From positions 23,932,001-23,996,000 of the forward strand of contig CM022672.1 of NCBI GenBank assembly GCA_012295275.1: a stretch of 64,000 nt of DNA. The letters run 5' to 3'. The position numbers and the translations under genes are program-made. Every line of letters starts with the position of its first letter. Within the stretch, counting starts at the first letter, position 1. This document shows positions 1 through 12,400 of this stretch, piece after piece. The notes under the pieces are model-generated. The model had not been told where the DNA came from. It made no database searches and saw nothing but the letters and a program-made list of their open reading frames with translations. The stretch is from Chrysomallon squamiferum. Lineage: Eukaryota; Animalia; Mollusca.

Positions 1-1978
1 GTATGTTTGTATGTATGTATGTATGTATGTATGTATGTATGTATGTATGTATATGGGTATTTTCATCTTGTGGATGTAATCTCAGTGTTGTATGAATCAG
101 AGAGTCTACACTGTCTTGTTCTGTAGTAATTACAGCTGTATATTATCACTCTTCTTTTCACTTCTTTCTAATCCACTGTCAATGCAGATCTGTCAATACT
201 GAATAAGTCAAGAATAAGAATTATCTTTAAATTGAGAGCTAAAAAAAAAAAAAAAAAAAAACAATCCTGTTAGACATACATTTTCTTTTAATCATAAAAA
301 GAGCAAACTGGCTTGAATAATATTAACAGAGTTGTGCACTGAACTAAATAAATAATTGTTTATTAAAATCTAATTTTCAGTCTTTGGAATAGAAAAAAGA
401 AACAGAATGTGTGTCCTTCATTTATTTCTGAGAACATGTTTCAGTGCTTATCTTGAAAATGAATTAAAATACTTAAATAAAATTTGAAATGTCAGTTTTA
501 TTGAAAGTTACTGAATTACCAAAACAGTAGAACATTTTATCTATATTTTATTAATTTGTTATTTTTAATTTAATACTTCAACAATAGTCCAAATATGCTG
601 GACATGGTGAAATGTTTTTTATATCATTACAGGAAATAGATTCATATATGTAAAAAAAATCACTTAATATGTCTAACTATCTTCACTATTTGTTAATTGT
701 TTTGATTTATAAATGTAAGTATTTTCACAATCTATTATCATTTAATATTTCTATAATTTAATACATGTAAATATATTTCCAGTTTGTTTTTAGTTGATAA
801 TATTCTAGAATTTTATCCTTTAAATATATTTACAATTTATTATCTGGTTATTTATTTAATTTTACATATGTGGAAATAATGTTATTAATTAATGTTTCAC
901 TTTTATGCATATAATTTTTTGTTGTTAATATATCTGTAAATTTATTCATGTCATTATGTTAACTATCTGTTTCTAGTTAATGTTCTATAGGTTTAATTTA
1001 ATAATGCAGATTTATACATGTAAATATATTTACAGTTTGATTTTAGTTAATGTATCTGCAGATTTATTCATATATCAGTATTCACACTTTTTTTTTTCAA
1101 TGAATATGTCTACATATTTTTACATGAAGAGTTCAGGTGCAAAGGCTGATAAACAACAGAGCCACTAAAATCAATGTAATGGTACCAAACATTAGCTTAC
1201 AGTGACCTATTTCTTCAAATCCAATTAGTTTTGCAAAAACCTAAATAGCCAATAGTCACGTTAATGAGTGAAATTGGTCATATGTTATAAAATTACTCTT
1301 AACTTTTGAAGGAAACTTTTGACAAAATAGATTCATCTGGAAAGAAAATAAGGAATCAATGTCAAGATTCTGCTCAGGTTGTGTCAAAATGAAAAAAATA
1401 CTGAATGTATCCTGAATGCAGAAGACATGGCATTGTCTATTGCATTAAATGACATTTTTGCTTTTCTCTATTAAAGAACTCCAAACCATATTTTAATAGC
1501 AATTTTACAACAATTTTGTTATTTCCATGACTTATGTAACCAAGAAAAACCTTTTTCTATTTTTTAATAATCCATTTTGAAGATTAATAGATTTATATTA
1601 TGATGACATCAGTTTTCTAGTGAATTTATATGCTCTTGTTATATTTTGCAATCAGTATTGAGGCATTAAAAAAATATATATTTTAGTTTGAAATAAAAGA
1701 TATTTTTGGAATGTTATTAACATTATTAGTTTAGTTATAATCTTTTTATAACCATAAGGTAAAGATTTGTTGATCTTTTCAAAAAACTAAATCCCAGTAA
1801 AAGTATTTTTTATTTAAAATGAAAGAACTAAAATGGATGTATCAGGTTTTTGCATCTGACTTCTTCATATGTAAGTATAATATGTTCTTATTTAATATTA
1901 TTTCTATGGTTTTATGTATGTAAATGTATTCAGAATGATCTGTCATTTAATATTATATCTATCATTTCATGTAAATAA

Positions 1979-2017
<39 letters not shown>

Positions 2018-2547
2018 CATGCACAAACACATACATAAATTATTACTGGATAAATGTCACATCTATGAATTCATGCAAGTAAATATGTTTACAATTAGTT
2101 ATCAGTTAACACTGTGTCCTTTTTTTATACTGTACAACGTTTTCAGATCACGTTTTCAAAATAACATGCAAGGAACAGTTTGGTTCAGTGGAAGCTTAAT
2201 GCTTGATAAAGAAAATGAGAAAATAATCAATTTGTAAGGAATGGACAGCCTGTACTGGTTAACAAAATTAAAAACAGGATTTGTTTTGAAGACAAAGTGC
2301 ACTTGCTAAGCATTTATGTTCAGTCTGGTTTTTGAAAAAATAAATGAGAAAAAAAAACAAAAACAACCTCAGATTATAAAGATATATTTCACAGATTTTA
2401 ACATGAACCTCAATGCACTCTACTTGCTGGAATAAACTGCAAAGCATAAATGGAAATGTATTCACAATTATAAGATTAATTTTCTTCAGGTTATTTCTAG
2501 TTCTAGACAATTCCACATTAATAATTTACCAAAAGTTGTTTGATGTA

Positions 2548-2680
2548 TTATTCTGTCTGTGGGAAGGTGCTGACTGTTTGCTAAAAGAGTAACTCATCAT
2601 ACTGTGGTAAAAATTGGTTTCCTCCCTCATTATAGTTCTTAAAGCTGTTGGTTAAAATTAATGCATTGCTAAATAGTGTT
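2548..2680 (+). mobile_element. Degenerate SINE-like fragment, same family, opposite orientation
   Basis: ATTCTGTCTGTGGGAAGGTGC is nearly the reverse complement of GCACCTTCCCACAGACAGGAT in the 31670 copy. Confidence 0.5.
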
Positions 2681-2709
2681 TCAGTCTTCATTCTGTATTT
2701 TCCTGTTTA

Positions 2710-2713
<4 letters not shown>

Positions 2714-2774
<61 letters not shown>

Positions 2775-2795
2775 CATGTGTGCATGCATGATGTC

Positions 2796-2830
<35 letters not shown>
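2714..2830. repeat. (GT)n microsatellites
   Basis: Directly visible; source of the CVCV/HTHT ORFs. Confidence 0.95.
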
Positions 2831-2832
<2 letters not shown>

Positions 2833-4244
2833 ATATTAGAGAATCTGTGTGAGTATGCTTGGTATTCCTATCATTGTGCATACTGCTGTGTGAATGTGTC
2901 TAATATTAGTGTACATTATCTTAGCAGCATTTCATAAAGTCAAGAGTGATCGAATGTATAGCTCGAATAGTGACAGGTATGAAGACTTCTTTAATGAAGC
3001 ATTAATTTCTTTTATTATCCCATATCCAAGTAATCTGGTTTTATTTCACAGAATATGAAGTTATTATGAAATGTACAAGCACTAATCATAACAATAATAT
3101 TATTGATACAATGGTTTTGTATCATACAAAAGACATGATTCAGTTTTCAGTATATAATTTTTTTTGTGATGGTTACACATTTTCACTGTAAGACATTCTC
3201 CCATATTTGAATTTGGTGCTGCATTCCATAGAAATCCATGCAAATAAAAGGTTTCACACGTTTTGCTTTTCTTAGCAAATTACTGTTGGTGAAAGAAGAG
3301 CAATAACAAGGAAACTGTGAAAGATACATTGAAAGTAGCTGATTATTTTGAGTTGGTAATATTTTAACATGTTAATTATTGGATGAGCTGTCAGTATCTT
3401 TTAGCTGACTCCATCTTCACTATTGACATCATTAGATGTATTGATCTTTGCTTATGACCTTCTTTCTTTAATCATTGCTTTTTTGATTTGTTTTGCTTTT
3501 TCAGTGGTTAGTAAGATATAGTGAATAAATATCTCCACATATATACTGACGCACATACCCAGCAACATACAAAAGCACAAAAAAAACACATCCCACATAA
3601 ACAAAGAGAAATGGAAAGGGATAGATGGATAAAAAAATAAATGGACAGAAATGATCAAAATGAACATATTAATCTATATGCACATGAACAAACACTCACA
3701 TACACATTCATACATCTGTATACACATGCATTCATTCATACATACTTACATATATTCATAGATTCATACATTCATACATACAGTGAATAATAACATGATA
3801 AATCAACATTATCATCATCATCATTATTATTATTATTGCACATATTATAAGAATAATTTACTGCTGCAGAAAGACAAAAAACCAATTTTTTATATATATT
3901 TATTGATTTTTTATACAATATGTATTCACTCTCATGAAATGAATATTTATATATATAACAATATTCTGTTGTCTTCTTTGCTTTTTCTCTGTGTTAAGTA
4001 AGTAGTTCATTAGGTGAAAGAATGAATGTTAAATATGTACAGAAGTAACATAGTAAATAAATATTGCAGAGTTTAAGTTTTATCCAGAATCTATACCATT
4101 CAGGTGAGTCGGTACATTTTAATCACAACAGTAATTCACCAAATTAACACCTGTCAAAATTCTCACACTTCTGTTTTTGATTTACAGCAGTCACAGGTAA
4201 AGAAGTGAATGTCAAAAAAAACTAATGAAAAACCAACAGCAATG

Positions 4245-4325
<81 letters not shown>

Positions 4326-5135
4326 ATATAAAGTCTGTGTATATGTGGTTTTTCTTGCAAGTTATTTGTGTATATAATGCATATATATATATATACCCAT
4401 AAGTCATACATGAATTTTTATTTAGATACACATAAATTAGTAGTGAAACCCTCAACACACAAAAACAGTTTTATAAAGAGAACATATATCAATGAATATT
4501 TGTTTATTTGTTATGATTATTGTTAATAAAAATTTTATTCATATGTATATTTTTTCTTCTAACTTTGATTATTGGAATGTCACAAACAATGGAAGCTTTC
4601 TGTGATCAAAAATATCTATATTTTTAAACATCTTGAGACTGTCCTCTCCAATAAAACTTCAAGACAAATATAGTTCAATAATATATGAATTATACTCATT
4701 AATATTTTATGATGACTGTGATATGAATAAACAATACATTTCTTGTTTTTTTCTTTTTACATATACTTGTAATATACTTGTGTTAATAAGATAAAAAAAA
4801 ATAATAATCAATACTTTCTTCTACTACTTATACATGTACTGATAACATTAAAAACTATGTAGCATTTTGATTATTTTTTAATGTAGTAGTCAAAGAAAAA
4901 CAGCTAGAAAGTTCTAGCATTAAACAGTTATCTGACAGGAGCTTATAATTATTATAGTAAAGAATATTGAGGCATATTTATTATAATGAACATATAAGCT
5001 TGGAAGTTGTATAATCTATCAGAGATATAGATTTATAATTAGATAATATGAAAATTTTAATTATAAGAATATATATATATTAATTTTAATTATGTATATA
5101 TATATATATATATATACATATACATAATTAAAACC

Positions 5136-5182
<47 letters not shown>

Positions 5183-6555
5183 ATGTATGTATTATGTTTA
5201 TATAAGAATGAACATAATTGTTTTTTTTGTTTTTGTTTTGTTATTGCTGTATTAATTTCAAAAGCAGATTACAGCACTGGCATGAAATCATTTATGTCAT
5301 GTGTAAAGATGGAAATGGATATTTCAATTTTGATTTAAAAAAAAAAAAATTTCACCCTGTAAAGAAATTTAATGAGATTTTGCTAGAAAATCTTTTTTTC
5401 ACTTGGTTTTTACTTTGATTACATGAACATGCAAATCATGTACTTAGCTGAGATTAACAGAAAATCAGGTTTTAATAAAACAGTGAATAATATAGGTGTT
5501 CTTTTTTTTATTATTATTATTTTTTTTTTTAAATCATGTGATGCAACTTTTTGTCTACTTGAAAGATGTATTAAGAAAAAATCTACTTTTACAAAGTGGA
5601 ATTACAATGAAGAATATGAACGAAAAAAAAAATAATAAAATTCAAATGTAGAATGGATATTAATCACAATGCATACTTTTTTATGCCTGTTTTGAGAATA
5701 ATTTTGCAATGGTTTGATTTTCGTTGATTATGTTAAAAAGAAATTTAAATTATATCATACACACTGTCAATAATTTCCTATATATGTATATATGTACATG
5801 TATTTATCTTTCAGATAGTATTTCAGAAATAAGTTTTATAAAATAAACACCTGTAAATACTTTTTTTGTATTTTATTTAATTTTGCACATCTTAATTACA
5901 AGAGTATCAGTGGACAGGCAATCCTTTCTAATTAACATCAAACTCGTCCCATAATTACTACTACAGATACCATGGTAATGACCATTACTGGCTCTGCATA
6001 TTCATTTAATTGATTTTAATTGTTCATTTTATGATTCAGGGCCATTACAGCCTGTGACACATGACTTGTTTATCAGAGACCATGGTATCTGCTTTCCTAC
6101 TATGACAGAATGCATCTTATTAAGATAGTTAATGGAATTTCCTACATTTTCATTCGTTTCTTACCTAATGTTAGTATTAAATAAGGTTAATCAAAATATA
6201 CTGGAAAGCAATAACATTAACTTTATTTTAAACATTTATTGTTCTGTATCATCATCATCATCATCTTTATTAGAAGCAGCAGCATTATCAGGTATGACCA
6301 TTTTCATCATTATTATTAAAACTGGATTTTGATATTATATCGTATGATAATGGTGTCATTTATTATTTTTCACAAGTATTTGTAACCGCAATACATCATA
6401 TAACAATACTGGATGTATCATGATCGCTGTATGCTGAGCTAAATTACTCTCACAGCGATGTGCAAAGAAAGTCAGTGTCATAATTATATTTTGTATACGT
6501 GGTGAAAATGTCTACCGCATCTGTTCGGATGACAGCAGGAAATTTCAAGTGACAA

Positions 6556-6570
6556 ACAGCAGGTGGCGCT
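6556..6570 (+). promoter_or_regulatory. CTCF-like motif (overlapping a CAGGTG E-box)
   Basis: ACAGCAGGTGGCGCT matches the CTCF core CCASYAGRKGGCRS at all but the first base and lies in a patch that keeps CpGs. Confidence 0.4.
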
Positions 6571-7288
6571 TGTCTGCGAGCCCTGGATTTACACTTTACT
6601 GTCCTCAGATCAATTAGACCTGTTTGTGAGGAATAGCTGGCTGATTTATCAAACAAGCAAGGCAAAACTGGTTCATGATGGTGATGCTAATGAGAAAAAT
6701 AAAATTAGTATGATAATGATGAAATGATTATGATGATGATGATGACAATGACAGTGACTGTAATCATCTAGTAAGTTGCAATAATTACCATCATCATAAT
6801 TATTAAAATATTAGTCTGTTTGGTACAAATGATGACTGAATATAATACTGCTTAAATTCAATGATTAATTGAAATGTAGCTTAATATTAAGTTTTTAAAA
6901 TATAAATGATTCCTTTGGTATGAGCAGATGTTCTAGACATATTTGTGGTACTTCAAAGAGAGTGTTTAATTTGATAACATACACCATCACTTACTACTAA
7001 TCAAATATGTCAGTAACAACAAACTCATGGGGATACTTGTCAGCAATCATTTTCATGAAATTAATTTTTTTTGGAGTCATGTACAAAGTCCATGACAGAC
7101 TGAGGCAACTTTGCAATTGATTTACTCATTTATTGTTCTATATTTCATAAATCTTTAATTTCCTAACAGTCACTGTCCAAAGTAAATACATTGGTATCAT
7201 TTGACTTACATACTTACATATAGTCCACATATATATATATATACTCACACACACACATACACATACATACACATATACACACACTCAC

Positions 7289-7324
<36 letters not shown>

Positions 7325-8902
7325 ACATTCATACATATATACATAGTTTTATGAACATATGTAGAAAGAAACATCCAAAAGATACACTATGCACTCATAC
7401 AAAAACACATATACACATGCATCATTACCCAAACACGAAATAAGTCAGATAATAATACTAAATAAACAGTGTCTTCTGGCAGTCATTTAACAAAATGTTT
7501 CTTGCTAGAGGTTGGTTTCTGAAGCATATTTTAAACATGTTCTGAGTGGGAGTCTCAGGGCAGCGACATCTGCTTGGAGACAAATTGTGTCTGAAAAACA
7601 CAACTGATAGGAGATGAGAATTCAAACAGAAAATTCTCTACGAAGTTCATTTAGTGCTTCAGTTTACCAGAGTAGATCCACAGTTTCAGACAAGAGAGGT
7701 GACAATCTTTGTGCAGGATATAAATTTTAAAGATAAAATGAGTTTCATTATTATAAAGAAAATAAAACAGGTTTATTATATTTGTTAATTGTGATGAGAT
7801 AGGTTTCAGAATAAAGTGTAAGAAATGCTGATATGAGAAAGAAAAGAAAAGTAGGTGACATAACACCTTCATAAAGAATAAGATGATTTTTTTTTAATGT
7901 TTTCTTATGCTTATTAATGTCTTGTTGACATTCAGTATAAAATTAAACTGACGTTGCTTGAGTTAGACATTTGTCAAAACTGTATTATGTCAGATAGGAT
8001 GTGTTCATCTAGGAAATTAAAAGGATATACATGTATATATAAATTACTTCATTAAATATTTTACTCTGTTTTACATTTGTATATCACTATATGCTTGTAC
8101 TTTTATTTATTTTCATGTTTTGGTATGCGTGTTTAAATACAAGTGTACAATGCAATTTATTACAGTTGATTTAATATTGTTGTTTTTGTTTATTTTGTAT
8201 TCAATATATGGACCACTAATATGGCAAAAATCTTTATGCAAACAAAAAAAAGTTAAAATAGAATGTAAAATAAATTTACAAAATCATTTTGACATTTATA
8301 AGATATACATTAATTTCTTTGAATAACGAAACTGTGTGGTGATATTTTTTTTTTTTTTTTTTTTTTTGTTATGTAGTAATAGATTGTTTCACTCTTTGGT
8401 CATAAAATAGTTCTTTCTTTTTTCTTTTTTTTTTTTTTTTTGAGGGGTGTATTACTGTTCTTCTTTTTAATTTCATCATAACAGTGTTTTACTAACACAA
8501 AACCCCCTTAAACCCCCCACCAAAAAAAACCTTCCATACCACTTTCTTGCTCACTAATTTATAAATATGCCAGGAATTTAAGGTCATTAAAAAAGTGTGT
8601 TAAACTTTCATTTCAAACATAAAATTAGATATTGGTAATCAATGGAGGTGACATTCCGATCCTTAGTGCCTCAGTCTTTATAGATATTATAATTTTGTTG
8701 TATCTCCCATTCGTTCAGTCTGTTAAGTATATTTGACATGCGTTAAGAAACATATTTTTTAGATAACACCATTATTAATTAGTCAGTGTTATTAAGAATG
8801 TGTTTTAGTTACCAAACATCTGAATTATTGTTATTTAAATTTTGATTCTTTTTTAAAATAATAAACACAGCTATTTATATGAAGGCGCATGCACATACAT
8901 AC

Positions 8903-8944
<42 letters not shown>

Positions 8945-9528
8945 TTAAATACTGTTTTTAAGCTTTATTTTACTGTTATGTATTAATTCATTTTTAATAA
9001 AACATTGCTTGAAAGTTAAGATATATTTTTGAAATATAAATCATTTATGTTCTTTTCTGTTTTGCTTTGTGTTAATATTATCAATACTGTTTATAATGTT
9101 ATGTTAAAAATAATGATTGTTTTATAAATGCTATATTATAAAAAAGTTCAGCATTTACAAATTATAAAAACATTAATTTGTTTGAAATTATTTTAATATG
9201 GAATAAACAACATCATGTAAAATAGTGTTCTTTCTGTGTATATACATACATCTTTATGTATAATAATATCTTTATTTTATATTTAAAATTAATCAAAATG
9301 TAAAGAACAATTATTCACTTTTTTTTTAATTACTAACATATATTCATAGTAACTATTAACTGTAAAAGGGTGATGACTTCTGTGACTATCTTTGTTATAA
9401 AGAAAAAGAAAAACAAAATTTCATTTAATGGTATATTCAGTATATTTTTTATCTATCATCATATATACATTGTAATAACATGACCAGTTTCAAAAAAATA
9501 AATAAAATAAAAAGAATAAAATATAATA

Positions 9529-9531
9529 ATA

Positions 9532-9626
<95 letters not shown>

Positions 9627-9681
9627 CAACAACAACAACAACAACAATAATAATAATCAATATATATATATATATATATAT
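9529..9681. repeat. Compound (AAT/GAT)n(AAC)n(AT)n microsatellite
   Basis: Directly visible. Confidence 0.95.
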
Positions 9682-10555
9682 TACTCTATTCAGTTTAGTT
9701 CAGAATCTTATATCTTACTGTTCAAATGTTGTTGACATATGAAATAATAGGAACATATGACAGACACATAGTAAAATTTAATAACAAAACAAGTGATTCT
9801 ACTCATGCTGTGTGCAAAGCAGACTTGGTGTTCAAGCTGACATGAATGTAAAAAAGTAATCAAGTTCAATTCTTATAAATGAAAGGTATGACTGAAATCT
9901 AATAACTGTTAGTAATAAAATATGTTGATGTTTTCATTCTTTAAATTCATTCAAATAGAAATTTTGGGTGCTAAATATTGACATAATCAGGTCAACTAAA
10001 GGTGTGAATAGCAGGTAGGTACAGGTGTTATTTTTCATTAGTCTCAGATAACTGTCAGCCAGGTGCTTTCATTAACCTCCTTAATTGAAAATCAGTGACA
10101 CGGTATCTATGTTTTATCTATGGTTGATTTATTGGAAATTTTCTATCATTTATCCTTTTACACCTGTTTTGTAATCTAACAAGGTGATAAATCAGTTTTA
10201 GCACTGATATATGCATAATACAATAGGACAATTAAATTTATTGACCACAAAAATCTGACAGGCTAGATTTAATATCTTTTTTTTATCACAATGAAATATT
10301 TTTAGGTGTATACACATTATTATATTGTTTGTGTTTCTGATAGATACAGCTTCAAACACCTTATAATTTGATTGTTTTACTCACTGAAAATCACTTGTTT
10401 GTTAATTAATTGCAGGTCAATATAGGAAGTCCAGCTGGTGCATTGTTCTGTCATGACACTTCAGTTTCTTAACCATGACTGACATTGTTTTCTTCACAAC
10501 ATCACAGCATCGAGGAATCCTTCCAATCAGGGGCTGATAACTCCAGGCACTCACA

Positions 10556-11006
10556 ATGGCCTTTCACACTGGCCCACCAGCCTACTTAATAGCTGTGTAT
10601 GCTGGTGTTCCAGCTGTTATACTTTTCCTCGTGCTACTCCTGTTGTTCGTTGTGTGTTCCAAGCGCTACCGTTTAAACTGGTATGAACGTACGCTACTGG
10701 AAGAAGACATTAGCGATCAGGCTGGTCCACTTCTTTTCAAAGGACCAAGGGCCAGTGTGTTTCAAAAGGGTGGATTATTTGGTGGGGGTAAGGGTGGCTT
10801 GATGTCAGGCCTCAGCAAGGGGAGTCGTGGAGCACGCACGGGAAGTGTGAAATCCGAATGGCTGTTCAGCGTGCGCAAGATGGGATCTTCTCCGAGCTCA
10901 CCCACGTCAGACGCCAGTGAGAAGTTCTGGGTGCCTCCCCATGTCGTGGAGAGGAAGAGAGCCCAGAGTCTCGTGCCGTCTCTTTCCAGAAACGAAAGTG
11001 ACGAAG
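10556..11006 (+). CDS. Sytalpha: Synaptotagmin (alpha-like), coding exon 1: short luminal N-terminus, TM helix, juxtamembrane CSKRYRLNWYE motif, start of linker
   Basis: ATG at 10556 with in-frame TGA TAA upstream (10535-10540). GC-richer than flanks. Hydrophobic helix IAVYAGVPAVILFLVLLLLFVVC, then SKRYRLNWYERTLLE and FWVPP, which from memory match Drosophila Syt-alpha (CSKRYRLNWFEQNLLE). Donor AAG|GTAAGA at 11006/11007, phase 1. Confidence 0.9.
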
Positions 11007-12049
11007 GTAAGACCAGTTTTCTTCTTTTCTGTGTGAGAGTTTGAGTCTCGGTTTTTGTAAAATAAACTTTAAAAAGTTTTTATTTTTTTTATTTTTTTAT
11101 TTTTTTATTTTTTCTGCAGGTGTTGTCATGTTTGATTAATTTCCATTTTCTTAATTAATCCAGTGTTTTCAGGATGATAAATGGAAACAAATAATTATTT
11201 TTTTTGTTAAAAAGTTGTTTATTAACAGAAGGAATTCTAATAAAATAAAACATTGTCATACAATATAAATGATCTTTTTGAAACTTTATTTTATTTTTGT
11301 CTGGTCATTATCAATACTGATTTCTTTTTTTCTGTATAATTATAAATAGTGTGTCTTTTGGTAATGTTTTATTTTAATATATTATGTTACATTATTATGA
11401 AAATGTTAGTTTGTTTGAAATGATTATATATCATGTAATAAAAAGAATCATATAAGAAACTGAATTTAAAAACATTCTCAGAATTTCACCCTAGTTTATT
11501 TTAACAAATCACTTAATTAACGAATGAATGACTATTTAACAATACTTCAGCTATTATGGGTTGTGGCAGTTGTAAATAGTGGTAGTAGTATAGCAGTAAT
11601 AATGGAAGTGATAGTAGTAGTATAATGGTTGTAGATGTAATATTAGTAGCTGTAGTTGTAGTAGTAGTAGTAGTAGTAGCAATAGTTTTAGTTCTGGCTG
11701 TGGTTATAGTTGTAGCAGTGGTAAATAGTATAAGCAGTTGTAGCAGTAGTATCTGATTATAGTAGTAGTAGTAGCTGGTTACAGTTATAGTAGTAGTAGC
11801 TGTAATTGTAGTAGCAGCTAGCAGTATTAATAATATTAGTAGTTAATTATAGTTGGAGTTGTGGTAGTTTATGATAGTTGTAGTAGTAGTGACATTGTCT
11901 GCATGCATGGGTTAATGCATAAACAAATATGTATATATGTGTGTGTTTTTTAACAGCCATTACCAGTTCACATCAATAACACTTTCCCAGTCAGAGCAGT
12001 TCCTAATTAGATACAAATCAATCACTAAACCACAGGGTTTTAACACATT

Positions 12050-12400
12050 CACAGTTTGTAACTATTGCATTGTTTTGTCCCAAACCAAACAGGTGAAAAA
12101 TACACAGCAGTCATACAAAAGATAACCAGTTTGCAAAGCTTAAATAACTAAAGAAATGTGTTTTCTGGTGTATTTTTGTTGTGGCTCAGAGTAGATATAT
12201 ATGTAACACTGCTGTTTAACAGTCTGTAGCCATTACATTGTTTCGTCCTGAACGAAACAGGTAAATCTATACTTTCTTGTACAAAAGAAAACCAGCTTGT
12301 GAAGCTTACTAACTAAAGAAAGTTGTTTTCTAATGCACTTTGTTGTGACTCAGTGTAGTTGTGATAGATGTGACTCTGTCAGTTAACATCCTGCGTGGCT
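12050..12400. repeat. Diverged tandem duplication, period about 165-170 bp
   Basis: CATTGTTT..CC..AAC.AAACAGGT, TACAAAAGA.AACCAG.TTG, TAACTAAAGAAA..TGTTTTCT and TTTGTTGTG.CTCAG.GTAG each occur twice in the same order. Confidence 0.75.

Noticed and set aside
650-1120. Faint degenerate periodicity (also at ~20230-20480)
   Set aside because: Too diverged and AT-rich to define a unit reliably by eye.
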